From: Camelus dromedarius
Lineage: Eukaryota
Assembly (NCBI RefSeq): GCF_036321535.1
Contig: NC_087437.1
Coordinates: 75,270,001 to 75,334,000 of the forward strand
Direction: 5' to 3'
DNA length: 64,000 nt
The notes beneath the pieces were generated by a model. The model saw only the letters and a program-made list of their open reading frames with translations. It was not told where the DNA came from and searched no databases. Shown in pieces: positions 1 through 15,367 of the stretch; the stretch's first letter is position 1, and each line of letters opens with the position of its first letter. The translations under genes and the position numbers were made by a program.

Positions 1-259
1 AGCGACCGTTTCTCGGGTAGAGGATGCTGCACAAAGGAAAAACTGGCCATCCAGCGTGAAGGCCGAGGAAGCAAACGAAAGCAGAGCGCACTGATGAACA
101 AGGACACCCCGGCATCCAACCGCCCCTTCACAGGTGGAGCCGCAATTACATCTCTCGCGAGATGTCTCGTCTTCACGGGATCTCGAACTAAAACCTCGCG
201 ACTGTTCAGAGCAAGGGAGGCTCTGAAAGGACGGCCCCTAACCCTCTTCGCGGACTCAC

Positions 260-370
260 AAAGCGCCTCTACCATTCCCCTCTCCCCCACCCATCACCTT
301 CCCTCCACCGCCCCGCGCTTCCCCTCCTTTCCCTTTATTGAGGGTAGTCCCTAGGTTGTCTAGGGACTTC
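260..370 (-). other. DZIP3: Probable non-coding first exon of the divergent gene; TSS end approximate
   Basis: Minus-strand donor TTT|GTGAGT (plus ACTCAC 254-259) inside the CpG island. DZIP3 is head-to-head with CIP2A in human (recalled synteny). No DZIP3 coding sequence is in the window. Confidence 0.55.
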
Positions 371-482
371 CGGAGCGCAACCGGAACCGGAAGCTTCTAG
401 GAGCGAGGTGGGTGGGGCCGAAAATCAAAAAAAGCGCGGCCGAAGGTGGAGGCCGGTGCTGGCAGGGTGGTGGTATCCCTGA

Positions 483-665
<183 letters not shown>

Positions 666-2009
666 TAGCGTCCTCAGCCTAAAAAAACAAAGGATAGCTC
701 CTCGCTCCCTCCGCTGTCTTTTGTATTCGTAAAGAAGGAGAGTGAACGTCGGCCTTGAATTCCCACTGTCTTCTACGCACCCCCACCCGCCAGCCCGTCC
801 GTATTCCCCCAAGGAAAGAGTAACTGCTGAAAACCCTAGGAAGAGGGAGGGTGGGACAAAAGGTTGAGGGATTTAAGTTGTGCTTGGAATTGGTAGAGAA
901 GAAAGCTCGGAGCTGTATCTTTTCCTTTGCTTCTTATTTTGGTTTTTCCATTGTAACAGAGCCTTCGCAGAATGTATGGCAGTTCTCGGAGGTGGAGGTG
1001 ATGGGGAGTGGTGATTAAAACTTGAATAATTTCTTATCCCTTAGGCAGTTTACAATTTGAACCTGTTGCTTACTGCTTTTATTTGAAGTCATGTTGAACT
1101 AGAGCTTGGAAAATATTACTTCAGCTTTCTCTGGATTGAAAAGCAGTCTCCCTTTCTAGTAATCATAATCTTTTTTCTTTACCAAAATATATTGCTCACA
1201 GTTTTTCAGTCTTAAAATAATGAATTGCTGTCACTTTTCCCTTAGTGTCCAGTGATTTGCTTATTTTGTGTTAAAAGTTATAATCACAGCTTTCTGGGAT
1301 CCTGTTTGTTTTTAGGCTCTTAATCTCCTGTCATTTGTTAGGCATTCATGGAATTCCAACTAATATTGACCTCAGATTAATAAAAAACAATTAAGCCCAA
1401 TCAAAGCTTATTTTTATCCTCTGTTGCAGCTTCTGTTGAGATAGAATTGAACATAAGTTTAAAATATATTCTAATTGTTGTATTAACCCTATGATAAAAG
1501 GCTAAATTACCAAAGATTAGCAAGATACTATGGAGGAAGGCAACTGTGAATGGCACAGTAACATAGACCTTTGTTGTAACTGGAGGGCTCTAACTTCTCA
1601 AACTTCACTAGTGCTTCTCCTACTACTTCAGGTGCCTGTCTCCTAAGAACATTTGTTTTCTTTTTTCATTCATTACCTCAACGAATTCCTACAAACCTGA
1701 CAATGAAGGCGTTGGCTGTTAAATGCTAACACTTTGCTTCTCAATTAGGATAGAGCGGTGTGCTAGTGGACTCCAGAAGCCACAAAATAAGCAGAGCTGT
1801 CAGTATTATTTAAGAACTATGAGTGAAGAATTCTAGATTCATATCTTAAACGTTACCTCTTTTTGAGAATAAACAGGTATGTTGTAAATCTGAGCAAAGT
1901 ATTATCATGAACTGAAAAAGACTTAAGAGAAATTTGAGGCTTGGAGATTGTGTTCCTGGCCTTTTCAAGAGGTTTACCAAAATCTACTGTTTAATTGAGC
2001 GAGAACATA

Positions 2010-2570
2010 TGTGCATTGCATAAAGTGCATTCATCTTAAGTGAAGAGCTTGATGGTTTTTTTTTTTTAATAAGTGTACACTCAAGTAGCTACCAACTGTA
2101 TCATGACACAGAACATTTCCAGCACCCTGTTAGTTTTTCAGTTGTCCTCTATGGTTCGGATAAGTGGATCCGTAACGTACTTCTTTGTCTGGCTTCTTCC
2201 TCTTAATATAATCTGTGAAATTTATTCACGTTGTCCATATGCCAGTACTTCATTCTTTTCTATTGCTATGTGAAATTCTATTGTACAAAGATACCACAGT
2301 TTATGTATATTCTCCGGTTGATGAACATTTGGGTTTTTCCAGTTCTGGGTGGAATTAGGAATAAAGCTGTTATGAACATTTTAATACACTTTTGTGGATA
2401 TATGTATTCATTTCTCTTGTGTACCTCATAATGGAATTCTTAGGTCTACCAGTTTTCCACAAGTTACACCGATGTACCCTCCAGCCAGCAATATATGCTG
2501 TCATTTATCCACACTGCTCCTTGGTGTTCTTATATTTTTAAGTTTTAACCATTTTGGTTGATAATATTAT
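2010..2570 (-). mobile_element. Old L1 (L1M-type) 3' end fragment
   Basis: Typical antisense L1M 3' motifs such as 'ataccacagttt...gttgatgaacatttggg...ataaagctgttatgaacatt'. Boundaries approximate. Confidence 0.75.
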
Positions 2571-2799
2571 GGTGAATATCTTTGTGCAGACCTCATGAGA
2601 GCAACATCTGAGGATACAAAGAGAGATGGGTATCATGTGAAAGGAGATTATTCACTCTGCTATCCTGCTGCACTTCTGCTGCAGTACTTTTTTCTTTTTG
2701 CAGAACTTGAACTTTGAATTTTTTTATGATTGGCAGAGCTGAGCTGGTCTCATTCTTGTTGGTGTTTCATAGCACTAATCTTAGGTAATGATTGTAAGC

Positions 2800-2975
2800 A
2801 TAGATTTAGGGGCAATAAATCCCAGTTGTACTGCTGTCTATTTGTTCCTCAGTTTACTCATCTGTAAAATAATTAGCACCAACTTACAGGTTTATTATGA
2901 AGATGAAAGAAATAACATATATATGGTACCTAGAACCATGGCTAGGCCAGAGCAAATGCTAGAGTATTAGTTATT
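2800..2975 (+). mobile_element. MIR SINE
   Basis: MIR core 'cctcagtttactcatctgtaaaat'. Confidence 0.75.
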
Positions 2976-3879
2976 AATGAAATAAATTCTATTCTCATTA
3001 AAACATTCAGTGTGTATGAGTAAAGAGGAAATATGTAAATTTTTTTTAATTTTACCTTGTAATAAATAATTATTATATCTTAGAATATTTATGTTGTTGA
3101 AATACAGGTCCAGTCCTGAGGGAAATTGTATTTATAGCAGAAAATATCTTAATCTTTTAGAGGGCTAGCTGTATAAGCAGACAAAAGGGCAATGCTCAGG
3201 AGGTTCCTTACCCCAAAATGTTTACCATCAGTGTCTAACTTTGCCTTTGGACCTGTTTTTTCAGTCTGATAGACTTTTACTTTAATGTTAAAACACATAC
3301 TCTGTGGGAACAGATACTCTGAAGATCTCTTAACAGCAAAGCTTTAGAAGAAAAACTGACATCTGGGTGAGGGAATAAAAGAGGGATACAGAAAAGAAAG
3401 AAAGAGGGATGCTGAAACAGCCTGAATACAGTCTTTTTTTTTTTTAAGTCTTTTAAAATAAAAACATTTAGAACAGATTTAATCTAATTCTAAAGTAACT
3501 TATTTTTATAGAAAAGATATGCATAATAGTGAATAATACTCATAAAGTGTTTTGAAAATAAGTGGCTGGCTGACAACTATTCCCAGACTTCAATCCCAGC
3601 TTTACCTTTTCGGGAGGTGGTTCAGATAGGGGGTGTGCTTATAGGGTTATAAGAGAAAAGTGAAAAGTGGAATAACAAATAATAAAATTTTTCATTGCCT
3701 GACCTGACTACTTAAAAAATTGTTTTAACTTCCTTCTTTGTAATCTCTAACTTCTGGGCTCAGGTACTGTCTGGTAGGGAGCAGAAGGAGCAACCATATA
3801 GTTAATCACATAGCTAAGCTTTTGAATTTAGCTGCTTTCCACTTTCCATTTGCTTTCCTCAAATGAGGTAGAATGAATG

Positions 3880-4260
3880 TATGGACTTCATTTATTCAAA
3901 AAGTATATTGATAGTAGAATGTTGATATGTAATCTATGTCTTCATAGAGTGATCAGTGTAGCTGGGAGGATAAATATTGCTAGATTGGCAAAAGCTTGTT
4001 AATTTATGAAATAAAAGTATAATGTACTATAGGGTAAGTATAACAGGCAAACCTAACCTAGTTAGTGGAAGAGGATTAGAGAAAGCTTTCTGGAGGAAAC
4101 AAAACTGAAACCAGGATTACATTAGTTAGTGAATGAAGGGATAGGTAGCCTTCCATGTAGAGAGAATAGCACATATGCATTTAATAAATTGGGAAAGAAT
4201 GTGGCAATGGTGCTCTGAAAGAACTGGGTTTTTATTTGAAATGGAGAAGAGATGAAAATT
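3880..4260 (-). mobile_element. L2 fragment
   Basis: 'ttcatttattca' end followed by purine-rich L2-like text ('gagaaagctttctggaggaa'). Confidence 0.55.
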
Positions 4261-4300
4261 GCCAGTTCTTAAGTAATACATTTTAATGACTGTTTTCTAG

Positions 4301-4513
<213 letters not shown>

Positions 4514-4716
4514 TAGAATCTTTTAGAGAATGGTTCACATTCAGAAGATTTCTTTGTTTCAGGACCTCTTAGAATTATTTTGTGTTGTGGATCTCTTGAA
4601 AAGGGAATATTATATGCATTCTTTACTAAAATTATTGGAACAAAGAATCTGAAGCATATTAAAGAGTCAGTGGTCTACGAAAAAGAATGTACCTTGGGAA
4701 ATGCCAGCCTACTTTT

Positions 4717-4800
4717 TCTTTTTAATGGAGGTACTGGGGATTAAACCCAGGAAGTCATGCATGCTAAGCATGCCCTCTACCACTGAGCTTTTACCCTCCT
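4717..4800 (-). mobile_element. tRNA-derived SINE (Vic-1-like, camelid), short form
   Basis: Reverse complement reads ggagggtaaaagctcagtggtagag...gggtttaatccccagtacctcc (A/B boxes). TSD AGCCTACTTTT at 4706-4716 and 4801-4811. Confidence 0.85.
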
Positions 4801-4904
4801 AGCCTACTTTTGAATTAAGAAAAAAAAATGCATACACATAGTGCCAGTATGGACTACAGCACTCTGGAAAGTCACAGCTAGTGATCAAAACATCATTCTT
4901 TTTT

Positions 4905-5043
4905 TTTTTTTTTAATTTTATTTATTTATTTGGGGGGGGTAATTAGGTTTATTTATTTATATTTCGAGGAGATACTGGTAATTGAACCCAAGACCTTGTG
5001 CATCCTAGGCATACACTCTACCACTTGAGCATACCCTCCCCCT
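4905..5043 (-). mobile_element. tRNA-derived SINE (Vic-1-like), long form
   Basis: Same tRNA-like head plus a (TAAA)n / C-run tail. TSD AACATCATTCTTTTTT at 4889 and 5044. Confidence 0.85.
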
Positions 5044-5502
5044 AACATCATTCTTTTTTGATAGACTATACTGAACTTAGCTCTAAAGCTAAAATACAAG
5101 TGTTACTTTTTCTGTTTTTCCCTACCTTATCTTTAGTTTTTAAATTTTTATTCATCAGTTACTCTTTTTCTTGATTTGTGTTTAGGGGTAGAGAGGAAAT
5201 ATTTCTGTGTGGTTATAAAGTTGATACGTGCTTATTTTTAAAAATCCCAATGATCTAGTAGTAACATAGAGCAGCATGTCAAATAGATGAAAATGTTCTC
5301 TGTGTTGTCCAATATAGTAGCCACCATAATCAAACTTCTGAACTGGAAGGTATTTGTAAACAAAATAGCTAAATTATATTTGATATTTTTATATAATTAT
5401 AAATTTAATACAAAATAAATTTTAAATTATTTATCTTTCATCCATGAAGACCATATACATATATATATGATGTATTTTGTATGATTTTATTTTAACTTAC
5501 AG

Positions 5503-5615
5503 CTGTAGACAGTGAAACCAGAGACTGTCTTCAGAATACATACAACCTGAATAATGTGCTGGCAGGAGTGGTTTGTCGGAGCAGCACTTGCCACAGTGAT
5601 TCAGTGTTTTTGCAG
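5503..5615 (+). CDS. CIP2A: CIP2A exon 3
   Basis: ttacag|(A)[37 protein letters not shown]|gtatat. Confidence 0.96.
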
Positions 5616-6385
5616 GTATATACACCCACACAGCACTTTCCACTTAATACTTGTTCTCCCTTCCTTATTTTCAGATCAAAACTGATAGTATCTGTTATAA
5701 ACTACTGACTTATAGTGTACTATATGCTGGTGTAACACTGCATGATGAGGCACAGTTCTCACTATTAATAAATTTAAAAGCTGGTTGATCACACATGTAC
5801 TACTATTTAAGAGTTTCTAAAGAAGGGAATTTTATCCACATATACTACTATTGAAGAAAGACAAATCTACATTATAGCTGTTTTGACAGACTTAAAAACA
5901 CATGTCAGCATTTTGAGATGTAAGCTATTTATATTCAAATTGTAATTTGAGTTGGCATCTAACCTCAATCTGTGTAACATTCTATAAAAATTGAAGCTAT
6001 AGATTTGGTTTTATTTAACATAGACTCAAAGCTCTTCTACCCATAATAATTTCTTGAACCTAAAATGTCATCAGTTGTAAGAAGGAAAAACATTGCAAAT
6101 TAAACTGACATGCACCTTTAAAGATGGTAAAATATGAAAAAATGTATACCTTAGAATTGATGGAATATGTGTATGTTTCAATTTGCATTTAAGTTTAAGA
6201 TGGTTAAGTGAGACAGGTTGTTGACAAGGTGCTCTGTTTGAGATAGAATGTATAGAAATGTGTGAATCAGCAGCGGAACTCTTAAGGTTTTTAGTAGTCT
6301 CATTACTTGTATTTGTTAAAAAAAAAAAAAAGATAAAACCTTTTCAAGAAATGGAGAAGTTCTTACTCTAAACTCTGCCTTCTAA

Positions 6386-6574
<189 letters not shown>

Positions 6575-7082
6575 TGAGTATGCAACCAAACATGTAACCA
6601 AATAATCTATTGGTTTGTTTTTAACTAAAACCATGTAATAGTTCAATTTTTCTTAAATAATTTTTTTCAACTTTTTAAACTGAGACCCTGATTCTTGCTT
6701 ACTCCTCAGAGATGGTTTCAAGGATCAAATGGAGTAAAGCAACTTTAATTTTCATAGCAAAAATTTATGAAATGAATTGATTTAAAAAAAACTTGTTGAA
6801 ACTGAATATTACATGTTTAGTTTAATCTTCTTGACAGAAGAATATACTGATAAGATAGCACATGGTCTCTTAATTATTTCTATGCTGCAATTGAGTAGGA
6901 TCATTTAGTTTCAAAACATGAAATAAATGACAAATACTGTTCAAAGCTTGACAATCTTCACATGTTAGTCAGATTTTTCTTTTTGCCTATAAAAAGGAAG
7001 GAATTTAAATGTATAAATTACTATATAATTTTTGAATAATTTAGAAGGAGCTTAATGTTTTTGTCTTTATTATTTTTCTTAA

Positions 7083-7199
<117 letters not shown>

Positions 7200-8054
7200 T
7201 GAAATGTTTCTGTCTTGTTTTGTCGTGGGTTTTATACTTAAAGAAAATTTTATTCACCTTTTTCTTTAAAAAATATTTAACAAGAATTCTCATGTGTTAT
7301 CCAGCTGACCTATCAAAATTAATGAAGAATCAGATTGACATATAAATATCTTGAAATATTCCAGCTAAATTTAATATATGTTTAATTAAGACAAGTAAAG
7401 GGTTAATACAGTTGTTGAATACTAGTAGTTTTATTCTCCATAGCATCCCATTATTTGTCTTACTGAATAATTCAAGAAATGCTAAATTATTTTGTGCTGG
7501 CAGGGAGGCACACCATTGGCAATCTCATTTACCTCAGTCTCTTAGTTATACAAAATCAATTACAGCTCTCTCAGAAAGATTCATGAGTAAATGCCTAGCA
7601 TCATGACCAGTACTTGTGATAAGTGAAGGCACTCAAATGAGGTTAACTAAACTACACTGTTAGAAATACATTAAATCAAGAAAGTTCATTGATTCTTTAA
7701 GGTGCTTTGTGAACACTTTCCTTGCTGTGCAGTAGTATAATTTTAAATTAAACAATATCTCATTTGTTTACGTGCTGGATTTTTCTTATTTTGTTGGCGG
7801 GGGTTATTTTGAGCCATGGAACTGTTGGAGAAAAATAAGTGCTTATAAACCCATGACTAAACACTGCTGTTCACTGAGATTGTACGTATCTATACTACTA
7901 CAAGCAGTGTATGAATGTACCATCTCACTCATTCCTTGAATGATCTCTTAGATTCATAATAATATTTAATAAAAGTTTACCTACTCTGTGTGAGATATAC
8001 TTTCTAAACCTAAATGTAACACTCATAATTTTTTTATTCTAATTTATCTTTTAA

Positions 8055-8210
<156 letters not shown>

Positions 8211-8286
8211 TAATTTATGAAAATAATTCTGAAGTTTATATTCTCTGATACTTTAAAAGTCATTGAGGCTCTTTGTTAAGTTTTAG

Positions 8287-8592
<306 letters not shown>

Positions 8593-8864
8593 TGACAATA
8601 GACTAAAATTGAAATGTTTTGATGTGCTTTATTCCCATTCTTTTTGCTTTCCTGGCTGGAAATGTAAAAGTGTAACAAGGGGTGAGTGGGTGTGTGTGTT
8701 TCTTAGATAAATAAGGTTATGTCATTTTTCAAAAATACACATCTTGATTAATCTGTCCCAAAACTAGTTTTTTGTCTGAACAATATGATTTATCTTATAC
8801 ATAAATCCTTTTTACTGTATTAATTTCATAATTATCATTTGATATATTTTTATTTTAAACCTAG

Positions 8865-8940
8865 GTATGAGCACTTTTCTTCATGTCTTAATCAAGTATT
8901 AGGTCTTCTTAATGGAAAGGATCCTGATTCTTCTTCAAAG
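8865..8940 (+). CDS. CIP2A: CIP2A exon 8
   Basis: acctag|[25 protein letters not shown]|gtatac. Confidence 0.96.
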
Positions 8941-9139
8941 GTATACATCACTTTTTGTTTTAAACTTTTTAAAAACTATAATGTACAGAAAAACCTAAGT
9001 GCACAGCTCCGTGAACTTTTTCAAACTACATATAGGCATTTAGCCAGTGTCTAGAGCAAAAAAAACAATGTAACCAAAACTCTGGAACCCTCCTCAAATC
9101 TTCATGGAAAACTGTTTCATGGTGCCTACTCTACTGAAT

Positions 9140-11130
9140 GTGTATATATTTCGTGACATGGTGATTCCACTCCTAGGAGCATAGCCAAGAGACATGTCCA
9201 TAAGCTCACCAAAGGACATGTAGAAAATGTTGAACAAATAGAAAATTAAATTTTAAACTGATTTCATTTAGTGATTTTTTTTTAAATGTCAGGTGCATAG
9301 AGGATAAATCCAATAAAATGTGTGCAAGGCTTCTACTCTGAAATTATAAAACATTGAGAGAAAAAAGCCTAAGTAAATATGGTGTACCAGGTTCATAGAC
9401 TGGAAGACTTCACCATATTAAGTCAGTCAAAATTATAGCAAACTAGTTTTTTTGTTTTTGTTTTTGGTGTATGTGAACATTGGAAAGCTGATTATAAACT
9501 TCATATGGATATGCAAAGGTCCAAAAATACCATGACTCTCCTGAAAAAAAAATGAACAAAGATGAAGGACTTTACTAGTACCAGATATTAAGACTTTATA
9601 TAAAGCTCCAATAAGTAATATAGTACAGTACTGTCATAAGGATTGACAGCCAAATGGAACAGGGTACAGTCCAAAACCAAATCCACAGTATATAGTCTCC
9701 TGATTAATAACAGTACAGTCTTAATTAAAAGTATCATCATTTCAATAAATGACATTGGGTCAATTGAAAATCCACATGGGAAAAAGCTGAATTGTGACCC
9801 CTGCCTCACACCAAATTTGAAAATCAGTTCCAGAAGGATTGTAGCTCTAAATGTGAAAGGTAAATTAACTTTTAGAAGAAACACCTAGCAGAATATCTTC
9901 ACAGTCTTGGGATAAAAAGATTTTCTTAAACAGAAAATAAAATCATGAAATATGTAGGGAAAAAACTGATAAGTTGGACTACATTAAAATTAAGAGCTTC
10001 TGTTCATGAGAAGACCACTAACAAGAGAGTGAAAAGGCAACTCAGTGGGAAAAGTTATCTACAATACGTATATTGAACAAAGGACTCTTATCTAAAATGT
10101 TTTATTTTAAAATTGTACATATGAATAAGAAAAAATTTTGAATCCAGTAGATAACCTGAGCAAAAATTTAAAAAAAAATTTAATTAGTCAATAAATATGA
10201 AATGGTTGCTCAACTTTATTAATCTTCAGGGAAGTGCAAAATTAAGTGGTAATGCAATACCAGTACACAACCACCAGATGGTTAAAATTTAAAATATGAT
10301 AATATCAAGCATAGATGAGAATGTAAAAGATGTAGAGTGTTGCAGTACTCATAGGCTGAAAATTGGTACAACTATTTATGAAAACTGGTATTAATCTACT
10401 AACATTGAACATATGCATAAACTATGACCCAGCAATTCCACTCTTAAATATTTACCCCAAAGAATTAAATGCATATGTATACCAAAGACATATACAATAC
10501 ATAGCAGTACTATTCCTACTAGCCAAGAATTGTAAACAAACTAAATGCCACTAACAGGCAATGGACAGATGAACTGTGGTACATTTATACAATGGAATGC
10601 TACATAGCAATGAGAATGTGTGAATGCAGCTGCATGCAAAAATATGAATCTCCCTAATAATGCTAAGCTAAAGAAACCAGGTATAAGAGAATACACTGTA
10701 AGATTCTGTTTATATATGAAGTTCCAAGTCAGTTTTCTTTATATAAATAGGCAAGCTGATTGAAAAATTTATATGGAAATACAAAGATCCAAGAATAGCT
10801 AGGATAAAATTAATCTCCTATCAGAAGTCTGATGTGGAAGAGTGGTTGGGACATTGTCTAGGAAGGGACACAAAGGAATACTGGAGTTTTAAAAGAATTT
10901 TCGTTCTTGACCTAGTTGCTGTACAGGTGTATTCACTTCGGGGAAACCATCTAGCCTTGCAGTAGCAATTAATCTGTATGTTATACTTTTGGAGAAAGTG
11001 TAAATGAGAAAGTATCTGCTTGTAAGTGCATAACACATCTCTGGTAAGATATAGGAAACTGGTAATATTGTTTGTTGCTTCCAGGGAGTATAGATAAAGG
11101 TCAGGCTAGTACCTTTGACTTTGGAACCAA
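9140..11130 (+). mobile_element. Degraded old L1 (ORF2 C-terminal part and 3' UTR)
   Basis: ORF2-like remnants in ORFs 9643..9888 (CLTPNLKISSRRIVALNVK) and 10363..10554 (YDPAIPLLNIYPKEL). Confidence 0.85.
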
Positions 11131-11975
11131 ATGAATGTGTTACATATTCAGAGACAAATACTACAATTTATGTTTAAAAGAGAATAAGTTGAAGTTTTTT
11201 TATCATTTGTTACATAGTAAATGCTAATGGGCTGAATTCAGTTAAAATCGAGTAATTATCAGATGGATTAAAGCACAAATTCCAATTATATGTCATTTAT
11301 AAGAAACAGTTAAAAATAGAAACATAAGTGGATAGGCAAAGAGGTTTTTTTTAATGATAAATTGGTAATATGTGAAATAAGGTAGAACTTACTTAACAGC
11401 TAATGAACAGGATGATGTGGGATGCTATGTAATGGAATAAGGCTCAGTTGTGAAGCAAAGAAATGAGGTAGAATAAGGAGGCTAAGGGGCGTAATGCCAA
11501 CATTGTGCAAACCTATTACGGAAATAGCCATCCTTAAGCTTTTAAAGCTTTGGGATGCCACTTTTAAATATTATCCTAAAGTAAGCTTTATATCAGTCCT
11601 TGAATCTTAGCATGATAACAAGTATTCTTAATTACTAATTTTATTTTTAAATTTTTTTTTCATTTTTAAAACATGTTTGTGCTTTAAAGAAATTAAGTAA
11701 AAAGGTGTATAACATTAGTTGAAGTTGCCCTTTCTTCTTTGGCTCTCTCAGTCCTGTTATCAGAAGTAACTAACATTAACAAAATTTCTGTAACCTTCCA
11801 GAATCTAATTACACATTCTGAAAAATAATACTCAAATAAAAATTGGAAGCAGCTTTTAATCTTTATTTTAGAGTATTTTCTTTAAAAATGTATGTCATTT
11901 CCAGCTTCATTTTTGGTTGCTTTGTGAATTAAAGTTAATGAAATTGACATTTAATGAAGACTTTATATTGCACAG

Positions 11976-12194
11976 GTTTTAGAATTACTTCTTGCCTTCT
12001 GTTCAGTGACTCAGCTGCGCCATGTGCTCACAAAGATGATATTTGAACAATCTTCATCTGGCAACACCATTCTGGGAAGCCGTTCTAAGTGTTTAGAACC
12101 CACTGTAGCACTACTTCGTTGGGCAAGCCAACCTTTGGATGGATCAGAAAACTGTCCTATTTTAGCACTGGAGTTGTTCAAGGAAATATTTGAG
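11976..12194 (+). CDS. CIP2A: CIP2A exon 9
   Basis: gcacag|[21 protein letters not shown]...[11 protein letters not shown]|gtaaca. Confidence 0.96.
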
Positions 12195-13186
12195 GTAACA
12201 GAGATGGAATGATTAACAAATTGACTTTTCCACTTTTATGATCCTCAGTGAACAATTTTTTAAAAAAAAATGTTTGTAATAAACTTCCAATTGTTCATAT
12301 GCTTTAGGAAAACTTCTTATATACTAGACTCCCTATCATTCAGCTACTGAATTTCTTTTTACTGGCAAAGTCACAAATATTAGTGAGGTTTTTTTTATTT
12401 TGTTTTTTCACTAAATAGCTTGTATATACTCCTTTCAGTATAATAAGGAAAGGTATTAACTGAGATTTGTATGGTTTTTTGATGTATGACTGTATTTCTT
12501 GAAGTCACATTCTGTCTCTCCATCTCAGTAGATATTGTCTACTGTCTTTACTGAGTGGATTAACATAGGAACATTGGGTCCAGTCAGTCAAATGGAGTGG
12601 AGCATGTGAGGAAGAAATCCTTTCTGTGCAGGCCATTGCATTCTGGTAGATTCTACTATGTAGGTTACTTAGTATTCTCTACTATTTTCCCTGTTTTTAT
12701 ACCCATTCTTCCTACCCCAGTATCTTCCTGGAAAGTTTACCCTCTCATGACTGGGCCCTATTCACAAACAAAATTGTGTATGAGTGATTAAATTTTTAAT
12801 TAAATATTTGTTACAGGTTATGCATGAATTATTATTTCTGTTTTATGTTGATCTTGACTGTTCACAATCAGTTTTAGCATTTAAAAAGCCCTTTGAGATT
12901 CTTGATGGGAATTATTTGTGATTGTAAAGTATTAACACCAATATCTGTTACTTAGTTATTGTAATTGCATTTAGCAAATTCGGAATATTTGTTTTCAGTA
13001 CATACCTTTAACTCAGAATAATTTTAAAGTCACAGATACAGTCCATTTTAAAAAGTCTTATTCGCATTTGATTAACCCAAAACCTTACTGTTCCATTTGA
13101 GGAAAAGTTTGTCACAGCCCTCAGAACTGGATAAAAGGCTAGATTTTAAATAAGAGACATGGGTCAGTGAACTTTTGAAGTAATTA

Positions 13187-13431
13187 CAGTTGACCCTCAA
13201 ACAACATGGGTTTGAACTGCTTGAGTCCACTAATATGTGGATTTTTTTCATTAGTAAATACCACAGTACTACAGGATCCATGCAGTTGGTTGAATCCACG
13301 AATGCAGAACTGTGCATACAGAAGGACAGGGTCAGGGCCAACTATATAAGTTATATAAGTTATAAAAGTCTCAGATTTTCGACTGTGTGAGGGTTGGTGC
13401 CCCAACCCTCGCATTGTTCAAATGTCACCTA
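13187..13431. mobile_element. Tigger2-derived non-autonomous DNA transposon
   Basis: TA|CAGTTGACCCTCAAACAACATGGGTTTGAACTGC left terminal repeat; degenerate right end TTGTTCAAATGTCACCT. Confidence 0.8.
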
Positions 13432-13533
13432 CATAAGAAATTTAAAGAGTTTTGCAGCTCAATAATGACTGCTTATGCATTCTGTGTTCCACTTCTGTTT
13501 ATTTTTAATCATTGGTGGTGATTAATTCTCCAG

Positions 13534-13693
13534 GATGTCATAGATACTGCTAACTGTTCCTCAGCTGACCGTTTTGTGACCCTTCTGCTGCCTACGATTC
13601 TTGATCAGCTTCAGTTCACAGAACAAAATATAGATGAGGCCTTAATGAGGAAAAAATGTGAAAGGATGGTCAAGGCCATTGAAGTTTTGTTAA
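13534..13693 (+). CDS. CIP2A: CIP2A exon 10
   Basis: ctccag|[28 protein letters not shown]...KAIEVLL(T)|atatcctt (U12 donor). Confidence 0.95.
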
Positions 13694-15367
<1,674 letters not shown>

